A stretch of 64,000 nt of DNA from Kiritimatiellia bacterium. Lineage in GTDB: Bacteria; Verrucomicrobiota; Kiritimatiellia; RFP12; UBA1067. The notes under the pieces are model-generated. The model was not told the origin of the DNA. It saw nothing but the letters and a program-made list of their open reading frames with translations, and made no database searches. The position numbers and the translations under genes were made by a program. The first letter of the stretch is position 1. Each line of letters starts with the position of its first letter. Below are positions 47,301-56,800 of the stretch, piece after piece. The stretch spans positions 10,182-74,181 of the forward strand of contig JAILJX010000040.1 of assembly GCA_024694365.1 (NCBI GenBank), in the 5' to 3' direction.

Positions 47301-47600
47301 GCCGATTGTCCCGCCCAGTTCGGTCTTGATCTCCTGTGCGACACGGGCGGCGACCGTCATGGCGGCAAGGCGCCTTGGCTGTGTGCAGGCTATGAGGCGG
47401 CCGTTCATGCCGCGTCCCAGTTCCATCGCCATTTTCGGCAGCTGGGTGGTCTTCCCCGACCCCGTATCTCCGCAGACTATCACTGTCTGGTTGCGGGAGA
47501 GAAGACGGCATATCTCTTCGCGGTGCCGTGAAACAGGCAGGTCTTCGGGGTATTCGAACAGTCTTTTTGGGGCTTTGTCCATCGGTGGCGGTTGTTGCAT
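44292..47600 (-). CDS. hrpA: ATP-dependent RNA helicase HrpA
   Basis: GDTGSGKTTQLPK, TQPRRLAA, DEAH, SAT and QRAGRCGR; C-terminal WLLEEYRISLFAQ. Start codon uncertain (47600 or 47582). Confidence 0.95.
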   Translation of the reverse strand: MQQPPPMDKAPKRLFEYPEDLPVSRHREEICRLLSRNQTVIVCGDTGSGKTTQLPKMAMELGRGMNGRLIACTQPRRLAAMTVAARVAQEIKTELGGTIGFQHRFDRRLSASTRVKFMTDGILLAETKTDPLLMRYDTVIVDEAHERTLNIDFLLGILKRILPRRPDLKVIVSSATLDTRRFSAFFGGAPAIEVPGRLFPVEIRHAGGEDEETQDLPRDVAAALRTLPADADTLVFLPGERDIRETADRLARTPELRGDEIIPLLASLPAGEQQRAFRLSANRRIILSTNVAETSITIPGIRAVIDSGLARISRFVPRTKVQRLQIEKISQASAKQRAGRCGRTGPGICIRLYGKDDFESREPFTPPEIQRSSLAGVILTMMDLKMGDITDFPFIDPPRPASVREGLRELLEIGAIHHDASGAMALTKTGRSIARIPVEPRLARMLLAASSRATLPSAIPIVAAMSCDDPRRRPAEEREKADAAHAAFRERGSDFLGTLKLWRRWEKESETSSQSQLRKFAQKNYLSYPKMREWKELVRQLTDLSRRIGLDTENDNGGPAALHMALMSGLLARIGHLHPEDLDYRGAHGTRFIIHPGSALAKERKAKPEWIMAGELVDTARLYARSAAIIDPSWIEPVAGPVCKHSFREPFWDAEHGFVRAIEQVTLYGLVIVPSRRRDFTKIDPATSRRLFIFHGLVEGEFPDPPAPVRENSDTIRAIRERAERLRETALFDAERLAAFFDAAIPPGIASAGELKKWLAAASAEEKNRFRLKRNEWLPAAGGGSRDFPPHIKIAGAKIALSYRHAPDDPETDGITATVREGDLGALRAWRSDWLVPGALPLKLHFLLDSLPSSIRRAISPVSDTVAIIMPLLSGKDMPLADAVREVVLSRFGIRIPAGAFDRISLPPHLKVRFIVTDENGEQAAVTRDVEKLFGKSGVAPRKSAAEIAAERPSSLKAKEKKELESRIRTILLEAKALPDDIYDCIETQIAWLTYPDWDKLVPPERLKDYPRYLKALETRISRARTNPSGDRSKEARFDPWWEQYVELVSGDCSKIADSAALADYRWLLEEYRISLFAQETGTRVPASPNRLAALWVQATVR

Positions 47601-47659
47601 GTCTCGACGTGTATGCGCGGATTTTGCGTGCGCCCGCGGCATCTATCCTTCACGGCGCT

Positions 47660-47797
47660 TCAGCTCCTCCACGGGATGCCCCGGCCATGCGGAGATCGAG
47701 GTCGATATGCCGATGCGCCACGGGGCGAAAACGCGGCGCGCGTTATGTTCTTTACGCGCGCCACTGCGAGAAAGTACTTGAGAAGCCGTAGTTCCAT
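47660..47797 (-). pseudogene. LysR-family regulator relic
   Basis: MELRLLKYFLAVARVKNITRAA is a classic LysR HTH start; similarity is then lost and the frame stops after 45 codons. TGGTATAAT lies 6 nt upstream. Confidence 0.75.
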
Positions 47798-47994
47798 GGC
47801 GATATTATACCATATTGCCATTCCATGCGGCTATGATTGCCATGGAGAGGAAGCATTTGATCGACGCCGCAAAACATGGGATGATGCACGCCATGAAAAA
47901 CACAGCATCGAAACGGCCGGACGCGAGCGCCGCGGCTTTCGGCGAATTTCGGTCCCTGTTTCGCGCGCCGCCCGTTTTTGGTATAATATCCGCC

Positions 47995-48843
47995 ATGAAC
48001 GAAGAACCGACGAGAAACATTTTCTCCGCGCTGGCCGTTTCGCTTTTTGCGATGGCGTGCATGGCAGGAGAGCCCGCGGGCATAACGGTCGACCTCAAGC
48101 TCGACGAGACGAATTACATATCCGGCGAGCGCGTCCGCGCCGTCGTGGACGTCAAGAACATGCTGGCCGAGAGGGTGAGCGTAGGATATCTCGATTCCGA
48201 AGACTTGCTCATCGTCGAGCTTTACCGGGCGTCCGACCATATGCAGCTCGAGCGCTCGCACAAGCGTCCGTTCGTCTCGGCCTTCTGGGTCGGAGCGAAC
48301 GAGGGCATGAAGCTCGAGACGTTCCTGGGCGACAACTACGATCTTACGTATCCGGCGAGGTATCTGGCGCGACCGGTGCTGATCCACAGGGGAAAGCGCT
48401 ATTCCGGAGAATACCGGTCGTTTGACGTAGTGCCCGGCTTCGACATAACGACCGCAGTGCAGCAATTTTCCAATGCGGCGGGGAAGAAAAGGTTCTTCGA
48501 GCTCAAGCGCTGGATGCGGGACGGGAACGAACATCTTTTCCTGAAGGTCCGAGACGACGGAGACAAGCCCAAGCGTTGGGCGACTCTCGATCTCGGCCCG
48601 ATGATGCGGGTTACCGCGCCGACAGTCTCCATACTTTCGTCAGGGGAGGTCATCGTCATCCACAGGAATGCGCCCGATTCCTTTGCCAGAAACGAGTTCT
48701 GGTCGATGACGGACGCGTTCGTGAAGCGGTCGGCGATGATGGTCAGGGATCCTGACACTGCGGGCCGCCAGGGCGTGCAGGAGGTGTACAAAAAGTCCGG
48801 CGGGGTGAAGGCGGAGAACCGTCCGTGGTGGAAATTCTGGTGA
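47995..48843 (+). CDS. Secreted hypothetical protein ending in RPWWKFW
   Basis: ATG 7 nt after TGGTATAAT; signal-peptide-like N-terminus. Confidence 0.7.
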   Translation: MNEEPTRNIFSALAVSLFAMACMAGEPAGITVDLKLDETNYISGERVRAVVDVKNMLAERVSVGYLDSEDLLIVELYRASDHMQLERSHKRPFVSAFWVGANEGMKLETFLGDNYDLTYPARYLARPVLIHRGKRYSGEYRSFDVVPGFDITTAVQQFSNAAGKKRFFELKRWMRDGNEHLFLKVRDDGDKPKRWATLDLGPMMRVTAPTVSILSSGEVIVIHRNAPDSFARNEFWSMTDAFVKRSAMMVRDPDTAGRQGVQEVYKKSGGVKAENRPWWKFW

Positions 48844-48859
48844 GGGCGGGCGAACGCAA

Positions 48860-49918
48860 ATGAACATTCTCGGAATCGAGACGAGCTGCGACGAAACCGC
48901 CGCGGCTGTGGTGAAGGACGGGAGGGAGGTTCTCTCCAATGCGGTCTATACGCAGATACCCCTCCATCAGCCATACGGGGGCGTGGTCCCGGAGATAGCT
49001 TCGCGCGCGCACGTCGAGAAGATATCCGAAGTCGTGCGTACGGCGATGGACGGGTTCGGCGTGGACGCGGTCGCGGTTACGTACGGTCCGGGGCTTTCGC
49101 CTGCGCTGACGGTCGGGCTGAACGCCGCGAAGGGGCTTGCGCAGGCGCTCGATGTTCCGCTTTTCGCGATAAACCACATAGAGGCGCATCTCCATACGCC
49201 TTTCTTGTACGATGCCGGCGAGACGCCGCACAATCCTCCGCCGGATGAAGCCGTGCCGGCGTTGGGGCTGGCCATCTCGGGCGGCCACACGAACTGGTTC
49301 GACATAGCGGGGCCGGGACGCTACGAGACGATAGGCCAGACGCTCGACGATGCGGCGGGAGAGGCGTTCGACAAGGCGGCGAAGCTTCTGGGGCTCGGGT
49401 ATCCCGGGGGGCCGAAAGTGGACCGCGTGGCGAAGGAATACTGCGCAGCGCACGGATTCGGAAATCTCGTGCCGTTCCCGAAGGGGCGTCCGCGCGAAGG
49501 GGTCTCGGCTCTCGCGGGACTGTCGGCAGAACTTTGCGTATCGTTTTCGGGGCTGAAGACCGCGCTTCTGAGGTACGTGCAGCAGCATCCGGAGGCTACG
49601 GGGGACGATCTGCCGCGGGTCGTGGCGAGCTATCAGGAGGCGATAGTGCAGTCGGTTGCCGACAGGTCGCGCAGGGCCCTGAAGCGGCGCGCGTACAAGG
49701 CTTTCATACTCGGCGGTGGCGTCTCGCTCAACTCTCGGCTTAGGGTGGTGCTGGGGGATGTCGCGAAGTCGGCGGGAGTTCCGCTTTTGATGGCGAAGCC
49801 CAAGTATTGCGGCGACAACGGCGCCATGATCGCTGGTCTCGCCTATACGCGGAGGAACGTCCAGGGCGATGCCGCCATGGGGATGGATGTCGCCCCGTCG
49901 CTTGAAGCGGGGGCATGA
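48860..49918 (+). CDS. tsaD: tRNA N6-adenosine threonylcarbamoyltransferase
   Basis: GIETSCDET, GGVVPEIASRAH, HIEAH, SGGHT, DDAAGEAFDK and DNGAMI motifs. Confidence 0.97.
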   Translation: MNILGIETSCDETAAAVVKDGREVLSNAVYTQIPLHQPYGGVVPEIASRAHVEKISEVVRTAMDGFGVDAVAVTYGPGLSPALTVGLNAAKGLAQALDVPLFAINHIEAHLHTPFLYDAGETPHNPPPDEAVPALGLAISGGHTNWFDIAGPGRYETIGQTLDDAAGEAFDKAAKLLGLGYPGGPKVDRVAKEYCAAHGFGNLVPFPKGRPREGVSALAGLSAELCVSFSGLKTALLRYVQQHPEATGDDLPRVVASYQEAIVQSVADRSRRALKRRAYKAFILGGGVSLNSRLRVVLGDVAKSAGVPLLMAKPKYCGDNGAMIAGLAYTRRNVQGDAAMGMDVAPSLEAGA

Positions 49919-49985
49919 AATATGCTATAATTGGTTGAAACGATCGATGTAACGATTAACGGAACGAAGGCATAAGGAGGGATTC

Positions 49986-51077
49986 ATGAAACATATCGCA
50001 ATAGCGCTCGCGGCATGCGCAATCGCCGCAACGGCCGCCGCGGCTGCGCCGGATCACATGATTCTTTTCAAGAACGGAGACGCTGTCGAAGGCGTCGTGT
50101 CGAAAATGTATCGCATACCGGCGCTCTGCACGGCTCCCAACGGCGATCTCGTGGTGGCGTGCGATGCGCGCCGCAACCACGGTGGCGACCTCAACACGAG
50201 CCAGCCCATAGACATCGCGCTGCGCCGCTCGTCCGACGGAGGCAAAACCTGGACGGATCCCGTCTTCTCCTGGAGGTGGAAGTGGGACGACAAGGAGCAT
50301 TGGGCCGCATCGGACCCATCCTTCATCGTGGACAGGAAGGCGAAGAAGATATTCCTCTTCTACAACGTCTGGGAGAGCGTCGGCAACCACGGCGTATTCC
50401 AGTTCTTCGTGCAGGAGTCGGCGGACAACGGCAAGACGTGGTCTGAGCCGCGCGACATATCGAAGGACATCGCTTTCGAAGGCTGGCCTTTCGGCAAAAA
50501 GCAGAGCGAGGGCGGGTTCATATTCATATCGTCCGGATCGGGAGTGCAGCTCAAGGACGGTACGCTGCTGCACACTCTCGTGCATGTGGGCGACGGTAAC
50601 GCGCTGTTCGGTTCGACGGACCACGGCAAGACGTGGAAGGCGATCGGCAAGCCCGCCAAGCAGGGCGACGAGTGCAAGGTCGTCGAGCTCTCGGACGGAT
50701 CGTGGATGATCAACTCGCGCTGGCGCGGCGGCGGCAGGCAGATACACGTCTCCAAGGACCGCGGCGAGACATGGGAGTCGCATTACGACAACGCCCTCAC
50801 CGATCCCCAGTGCAATGCCCAGATCATGCGCTGCGGCAAGGTTCTTCTCTTCTCGAACTGCAACGCAAACGGAAGGCGCAACCTCTACATCAGGGCTTCG
50901 CTCGACGATGGCAAGACGTGGAACAAGGGAGTCTGCGTATTCCCCGAGGGCGCGGCGTATTCGGACATGACGAAGATCTGCAAGACGAAAGAGATAGGCG
51001 TCGTGTACGAGGGGGCCGGATATTCGACGATCAAGTTCACGACGGTCTCGAGAAAAGATATTCTCGATTGCCCTTGA
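49986..51077 (+). CDS. Sialidase, GH33, secreted
   Basis: YRIP motif; Asp-boxes SSDGGKTW, SADNGKTW, STDHGKTW, SKDRGETW and SLDDGKTW; AYS and VYE. Confidence 0.92.
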   Translation: MKHIAIALAACAIAATAAAAAPDHMILFKNGDAVEGVVSKMYRIPALCTAPNGDLVVACDARRNHGGDLNTSQPIDIALRRSSDGGKTWTDPVFSWRWKWDDKEHWAASDPSFIVDRKAKKIFLFYNVWESVGNHGVFQFFVQESADNGKTWSEPRDISKDIAFEGWPFGKKQSEGGFIFISSGSGVQLKDGTLLHTLVHVGDGNALFGSTDHGKTWKAIGKPAKQGDECKVVELSDGSWMINSRWRGGGRQIHVSKDRGETWESHYDNALTDPQCNAQIMRCGKVLLFSNCNANGRRNLYIRASLDDGKTWNKGVCVFPEGAAYSDMTKICKTKEIGVVYEGAGYSTIKFTTVSRKDILDCP

Positions 51078-51109
51078 TTTGCGGCGGACATTTTTGATAC
51101 AATATACCC

Positions 51110-51238
51110 CAATCTGCGACTGTCTTAGGAGGTTATCCCTGCCGCGGATGCCGGCGTTGAGTCGGCGTGTGGCGCCCTTGCGGACGCCGGCAGGGCATCG
51201 GCTTCCCGGTTTGCAGCCATAAAAAGAAAGAAAAAAAG
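51110..51238 (+). promoter_or_regulatory. Structured 5' leader of rpsO (candidate S15 autoregulatory RNA)
   Basis: Follows TTGATT-18 bp-TACAAT. Nested pairings CCCTGCCG/CGGCAGGG, GGAGGTT/GGCTTCC and CTGCGA/TTGCAG, plus an inner hairpin. Confidence 0.6.
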
Positions 51239-51499
51239 ATGAAAATCGACAAAGCCGCCATCAAGAACGAGTTCCAGCGCCACGACCGCGATACCGGGTC
51301 CTGCGAGGTCCAGATCGCGCTTCTCACGAAGGAGATCGAGGCTCTCACGGCGCATCTCAAGGCGAACAAGCATGACCACAGCTCGCGCTACGGGCTTCTC
51401 CGCAAGGTCCAGAACCGCCGCAACCTTCTCAACTACTTCAAGCGCGAGAACGAGGAAGGCTACAAGGCGCTCATCGCGAAGCTTGGCCTCCGCCGCTAA
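51239..51499 (+). CDS. rpsO: 30S ribosomal protein S15
   Basis: [22 protein letters not shown] and LI.KLGLRR motifs; adjacent to pnp. Confidence 0.97.
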   Translation: MKIDKAAIKNEFQRHDRDTGSCEVQIALLTKEIEALTAHLKANKHDHSSRYGLLRKVQNRRNLLNYFKRENEEGYKALIAKLGLRR

Positions 51500-51536
51500 A
51501 GTTTACAAACAGTAAACAGAAAAAGAAAACAGACCA

Positions 51537-53651
51537 ATGCAAGGTGCAAAGCAATTCAAGGTCGACATCGCGGGGACGGACCTCGTGATAGAGACCGGCC
51601 TCCTGGCTCAGCAGGCTGCGGGGGCAGTCACCGTATCGTACGGTGACACGACCGTCTTCACGGCGGTTACGAATACCGATACTCCGCGGGAGGGAATCGA
51701 CTTCTTCCCGCTGCAGTGCGAATACCGCGAGAAGTTCTACGCAGCCGGAAAGTTTCCGGGCGGGTTCTTCAAGCGCGAGGCCCGTCCCACCAGCAAGGAG
51801 ATACTGACGGCCCGCATGTGCGACCGTCCGATACGTCCGCTGTTCCCCGACGGATATTACAACGACGTACAGGTCAACTCGACGCTGATACAGTCCGACG
51901 GCACGCGCGAGGCCGACTTCCTCGCGGTCAACGCCGCTTCTGCCGCTCTCCACATCAGCGACATCCCGTTCATGGGTCCGATCGGATGCGTCCGCATCGG
52001 CCGCGTCAACGGAGAGTGGGTCATCAACCCGACTCACGAGCAGAAGGCCAAGAGCGACATCGACCTCCTCTACGCCGGTCTCAGGGGCAAGTTCCTGATG
52101 ATGGAAGGCTCCGCCGCCGAGATCAGCGACGAGGATTTCGTCGCGGCCCTCAAGCGCGCCCATGAGGAAGTGGAGAAGATCATCGATCTCCAGATCGAGA
52201 TGCGCCGCGCCTTGGGCAAGCCCGACAAGGACATCCACGACGTTCCGCAGCCTGCGGACAAGATGGACTTCATCCGCAAGGAAGGCGGTGAGGCTCTTGC
52301 GGAGGCTCTGCTGATCAAGGGCAAGCTCGAGCGTCAGGGCAAGGTTTCCGCCATCAAGGAAGATCTCCTGAAAAAGGTCTCCGAGAAGTGGCCCGAGATC
52401 GACGCCGTCGGTTTCGTCCATCTCTTCGACGCTCTCGAAATCGAGACGGTCCGCAAGAATGTGCTCGAAAAGGGCAAGCGCATCGACGGTCGCGCCCAGC
52501 ACGAGATACGCCCGCTTTCGGCGCAGGTCGGGGTGTTCCCGCGTCTGCACGGTTCCGCGATCTTCTCGCGCGGCGAGACCCAGTCGTTCGCGACGGTGAC
52601 TCTCGGCACGAAGAAGGACGCCCAGGATCTCGACTCCGTGACCGGAGGCGACGTTTCCAAGCGCTTCATGCTCCACTACAACTTCCCGCCCTACTGCACG
52701 GGCGAGGTCGGGCGTCTCGGTTCGACGGGCCGCCGCGAAATCGGTCACGGCGCGCTTGCCGAGAGGTCGATCGCCGAGGTTCTCCCCGACGATTTTCCGT
52801 ACTCGATCCGCGTAGTGAGCGAAATCATGGGCTCCAACGGCTCTTCGTCCATGGCCTCGATCTGCAACGGCTGCCTCGCTCTCATGGACGCGGGCGTTCC
52901 TCTCAAGAGGACCGTCGCAGGCATTTCGATCGGCCTGTTCACCAATGCCGACCAGTCTCAGAAGGTCCTCGTCACCGACATTCTCGGCGCTGAAGACCAC
53001 TGCGGCGACATGGACTTCAAGGTCGGCGGCACGAAGAAGGGCATCACGGGCTTTCAGGTCGACCTGAAGCTTCGCGGTCTCACCTGGGATCTCGTCGAGG
53101 GCGCGATAAAGGCGGCCCACGACGCACGTCTCAAGATCATCGACTACATGGAGAGCGTCATCCCGGCGCCCCGCGCGGAACTCAACAAGTACGCGCCGAG
53201 GATCGAGGAGATGCAGATTCCCGTGGACAAGATCGGCGCGCTGATCGGTCCCGGCGGATCCAACATCCGTGCGATAGTCGAGACGACCGGCGCTCAGATC
53301 GACATCGACGACGACGGCAAGGTCTCGATTTTCGCGACGTCCGCCGAATCGATGAAGGCGGCGAAGGATGCCGTGGGCGCGGTTTCGGCTGTGGCCGAGC
53401 CCGGCAAAATCTACGAAGGCACCGTTTCCGGGATCAAGGACTTCGGCGCGTTCGTCACGATCCTTCCCGGCATGGACGGACTTTGCCACATCTCCGAGCT
53501 TTCCGACAAGCGCGTCCCCTCCGTGGAGGCCGTCTGCAAAGTCGGCGACAAGATGATGGTCAAGTGCCTCGATGTGGACGACCGTGGCCGCATCAAGCTT
53601 TCCCGCAAGGCCGCCATGGTCGAGCTCGACGCTCAAGCCGCCAAAGCCTGA
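51537..53651 (+). CDS. pnp: Polyribonucleotide nucleotidyltransferase
   Basis: PGGFFKRE, DRPIRPLF, RREIGHG, SNGSSSMAS and GDMDFKV motifs; KH and S1 domains. Confidence 0.98.
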   Translation: MQGAKQFKVDIAGTDLVIETGLLAQQAAGAVTVSYGDTTVFTAVTNTDTPREGIDFFPLQCEYREKFYAAGKFPGGFFKREARPTSKEILTARMCDRPIRPLFPDGYYNDVQVNSTLIQSDGTREADFLAVNAASAALHISDIPFMGPIGCVRIGRVNGEWVINPTHEQKAKSDIDLLYAGLRGKFLMMEGSAAEISDEDFVAALKRAHEEVEKIIDLQIEMRRALGKPDKDIHDVPQPADKMDFIRKEGGEALAEALLIKGKLERQGKVSAIKEDLLKKVSEKWPEIDAVGFVHLFDALEIETVRKNVLEKGKRIDGRAQHEIRPLSAQVGVFPRLHGSAIFSRGETQSFATVTLGTKKDAQDLDSVTGGDVSKRFMLHYNFPPYCTGEVGRLGSTGRREIGHGALAERSIAEVLPDDFPYSIRVVSEIMGSNGSSSMASICNGCLALMDAGVPLKRTVAGISIGLFTNADQSQKVLVTDILGAEDHCGDMDFKVGGTKKGITGFQVDLKLRGLTWDLVEGAIKAAHDARLKIIDYMESVIPAPRAELNKYAPRIEEMQIPVDKIGALIGPGGSNIRAIVETTGAQIDIDDDGKVSIFATSAESMKAAKDAVGAVSAVAEPGKIYEGTVSGIKDFGAFVTILPGMDGLCHISELSDKRVPSVEAVCKVGDKMMVKCLDVDDRGRIKLSRKAAMVELDAQAAKA

Positions 53652-53676
53652 CGCCATCCGTGCAATCGGATCCAAG

Positions 53677-53709
53677 GAGACGCCGGCATTGTCCGGCGTC
53701 TCTTTTTCT
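53677..53709 (+). terminator. Rho-independent terminator after pnp
   Basis: GAGACGCCGG-CATTGT-CCGGCGTCTC followed by TTTTTCT. Confidence 0.88.
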
Positions 53710-53711
53710 GT

Positions 53712-53750
53712 TTGCAAAAACGGATGCGGATAGGGTATAATATCTATCCG
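53712..53750 (+). promoter_or_regulatory. dnaE promoter with an inverted repeat around the -10
   Basis: TTGCAA-18 bp-TATAAT; CGGATAG-N10-CTATCCG at 53727-53750. Confidence 0.55.
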
Positions 53751-53803
53751 GAAAATCCTACTGAAAATCCAATGCAAGGCATGGAACGGACACGGCAAGG
53801 CAC

Positions 53804-56800
53804 ATGAGCGACTTCGTACATCTCCATCTCCACACTACATATTCGCTTCTCGACGGACAATGTCAGATCGTTCCCCTCGTCAAACGCGCGAGACAGCTCG
53901 GCATGCGGGCCCTTGCCGTGACTGACCACGGAAATCTTTTTGCGCTCAAGAGTTTCTACGACGAGTGCCGTTCCAAAAAGGAGAAGACTTACGGCGAGCT
54001 TGCGGGAGTCCGCGTCAAGCCGATTCTTGGCTGCGAAGCCTACGTGACATCCACCGGCGACTACAGAAGCCGCGACAAGACCGAGTACCGCCACCATCTT
54101 TGCCTGCACGCAAAGAACGCCGAGGGCTACCACAATCTCGTAAGGCTGATGTCCGAGGCTCACATCAACGGTTTTTACGCCCGCCCCCGCATCGATCACG
54201 CCCTGCTCGAGAAATACCACGCCGGATTGCACTGCTCGGCCGCGTGCATCGCAGGCGAAGTCCCGCGCGCGATAGAAAGAGGCGACATGGCCGGGGCGGA
54301 GCGGATCGCAAGGTGGTACAAGGATGTTTTCGGCGACGACTATTCCCTCGAGGTGATGCTCCACAAGGCGGTCAAGAGCGGTCCCGACATCCCGCTTTCG
54401 GCCCAGAACGATTTCGCGGATCTGTATTCGCGCCAGCTGAAGGTCGTAAAGGGCATGCTCGAGCTGGGGAAGAAGCTGGACATCCGGGTGATAGCGACGA
54501 ACGACGTTCACTTCCTGAATGCCGACGACGACGATTCGCACGACGTCCTGCTGGCGCTCTCGACGGGAAAGAAGATGTCCGACGAGGGGCGTCTCATATA
54601 CACGGGGCAGGAGTATTTCAAGACGGCGGACGAGATGTCCGCCCTCTTCGCGGAAAATCCCGAACTCATCTCCAACACCCTCGACGTGGCCGACCGGATC
54701 GAGGAATACGAGCTCGATTCGCCGCCGATCATGCCGAAGTTCGCCATCCCCGCCGAATTCGGCACGGAGGAGGGATATGCGAAGAAGTTCGGCGAGCAGG
54801 CGCTGAAGGATGAATTCAATGTGCAGAAGGCGAACAATTTCGACCGCTTGGGCGGATACGAAAAGGTTCTGAGAATCAAGTTCGAGGCGGATTATCTCGC
54901 GGCGCTCGTGTGGGAAGGGTCGAAAAAGCGATGGGGGGACCCTGTTCCCGAGGAGGTCAGGGACCGTGTGCAGTTCGAGCTGGACACGATCAAGCTGATG
55001 GGATTCCCCGGCTACTTCCTGATCGTGCGCGACTACATCAGGGCGGCGCGCGAGGAGTGCGGAGTGTGGGTCGGCCCGGGGCGCGGCTCTGCGGCGGGGT
55101 CCGCGGTCGCATACGCGCTTTGGATAACGAACGTAGATCCTCTCAAATACGACCTCCTGTTCGAGCGCTTTCTCAACCCCGACCGCATCTCCATGCCCGA
55201 TATAGACGTCGATTTCGACGACGCCGGGCGCGAGAGGGTTCTCGACTACGTCACGCGCAAGTATGGCGCCGACCACGTCGCGCACATAGTGACGTTCGGG
55301 CAGATGGCCGCCAAAAGCGCGATAAAGGACGTGGGCCGCGTGATGGACTATCCGCTCGCCGACACCAACAAACTCGCGTCGCTCGTCCCGGAAACGCCGA
55401 AGATCACGTTCAAGAAGGCGAGAGCCGCGGCGCCGGATCTCGACGCGGCGTTCAATTCGCAGGACCCGACCGTGCACAAGCTGATGGAGAGGGCGGGCAG
55501 GCTTGAAGGATGCATCCGCCAGCCCGGCGTGCATGCCTGCGGCGTCATCATCTCGCGCGATCCGATAGCCGAGACTCTGCCTGTCATGCCCACCCCGGAG
55601 AAGGGCGGGAGGAAGAAGGACCAGGGCGAAGCCAAGGCGGACAAGCTTCTCACGACCCAGTACGACGGACATTTCGTGGAGCCTGTGGGCCTTCTCAAGA
55701 TGGACTTTCTGGGCCTCAAGACGCTGACCGTCGAAAAGGAGTGCGTGATGCTCCTCGGAAAGAACAATCCGCGCGTCCCCGAAGCGCTGCGGGGGGCGGA
55801 CGGATATCTTGACCCGGACAGGATACCGGACGACGACAAGGAGACTTACGAACTTTTCGGACGCGGCGAGACGACGGGACTTTTCCAGTTCGAATCGGAC
55901 GGAATGAAAAAGTGGCTCATCGCGCTGAAGCCGGAACGGCTTACGGATCTCGTCGCGATGAACGCGCTGTACCGCCCGGGCCCCATGGAATACATCCCGA
56001 CGTTCGTAAAGCGCAAGCAGGGGGAAGAGCCGGTCTCCTACGACCATCCTCTCATGGAGAGCCGCCTGAAGGATACGTACGGCGTCACCGTCTACCAGGA
56101 GCAGGTCATGCTTCTTTCGCGCGACCTTGCCGGCTTTACGCGCGGCGAGTCCGACAAGCTGCGCAAGGCCATGGGCAAGAAGCTCATGGACATCATGAAC
56201 GAGCTCAAGGCGAAGTTCGAGAAAGGGTGTCTGGAGAATCCGGAATTCCGCGTCGGGAAGTGGGCCGACGAAGCGGAGGCGAAGAAGCTCATCGAAAAGA
56301 TATGGACGGACTGGGAGGCGTTCGCGTCGTATGCGTTCAACAAGTCGCACGCCGTATGCTACGCGTGGGTCGCCTACCAGACGGGATACCTGAAAGCCCA
56401 CTATCCCGCCGAATTCATGTGCGCGCAGATTTCGTCCGAAATCGGAAACTTCGACAAGCTCCCGGGCTTTGTGGCCGAGGCGCAGGCGATAGACCTCGAT
56501 CTCATGCTGCCGGACGTGAACGAATCGGGGTCGCGATTCGTCCCGACGCACGACGCGAAGGGAATACGCTACGGACTCGGCGGAATAAAGGGAGTCGGCG
56601 AGATGGCTGCGGAGGCCATAGTGGCGGAGCGCGAAAAGAACGGTCCGTACACAGGATTCCTGGATTTCTGCATGCGATTGGCGGGGTCCAACGCGGTGAA
56701 CAAGAGGGTGCTCGAGAATCTGACGAGGTCCGGCGCGTTCTCCACGCTCGAGCCCAACAGGGCGAAGCTCTACTCAAACATCGAATACGCGCTGAAGAAA

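Noticed and set aside
47815-47994. Met/His-rich upstream extension of the 47995 gene, or a remnant of a LysR target gene
   Set aside because: It lies upstream of a clear -10 box and I could not recognise convincing homology.
15240-56551. Very long antisense or alternate-frame ORFs (e.g. 15240-18047, 40993-43344, 51471-53798, 53744-56551)
   Set aside because: They lie opposite well-supported genes, have no recognisable motifs, and are the expected shadow ORFs of GC-rich codon usage.
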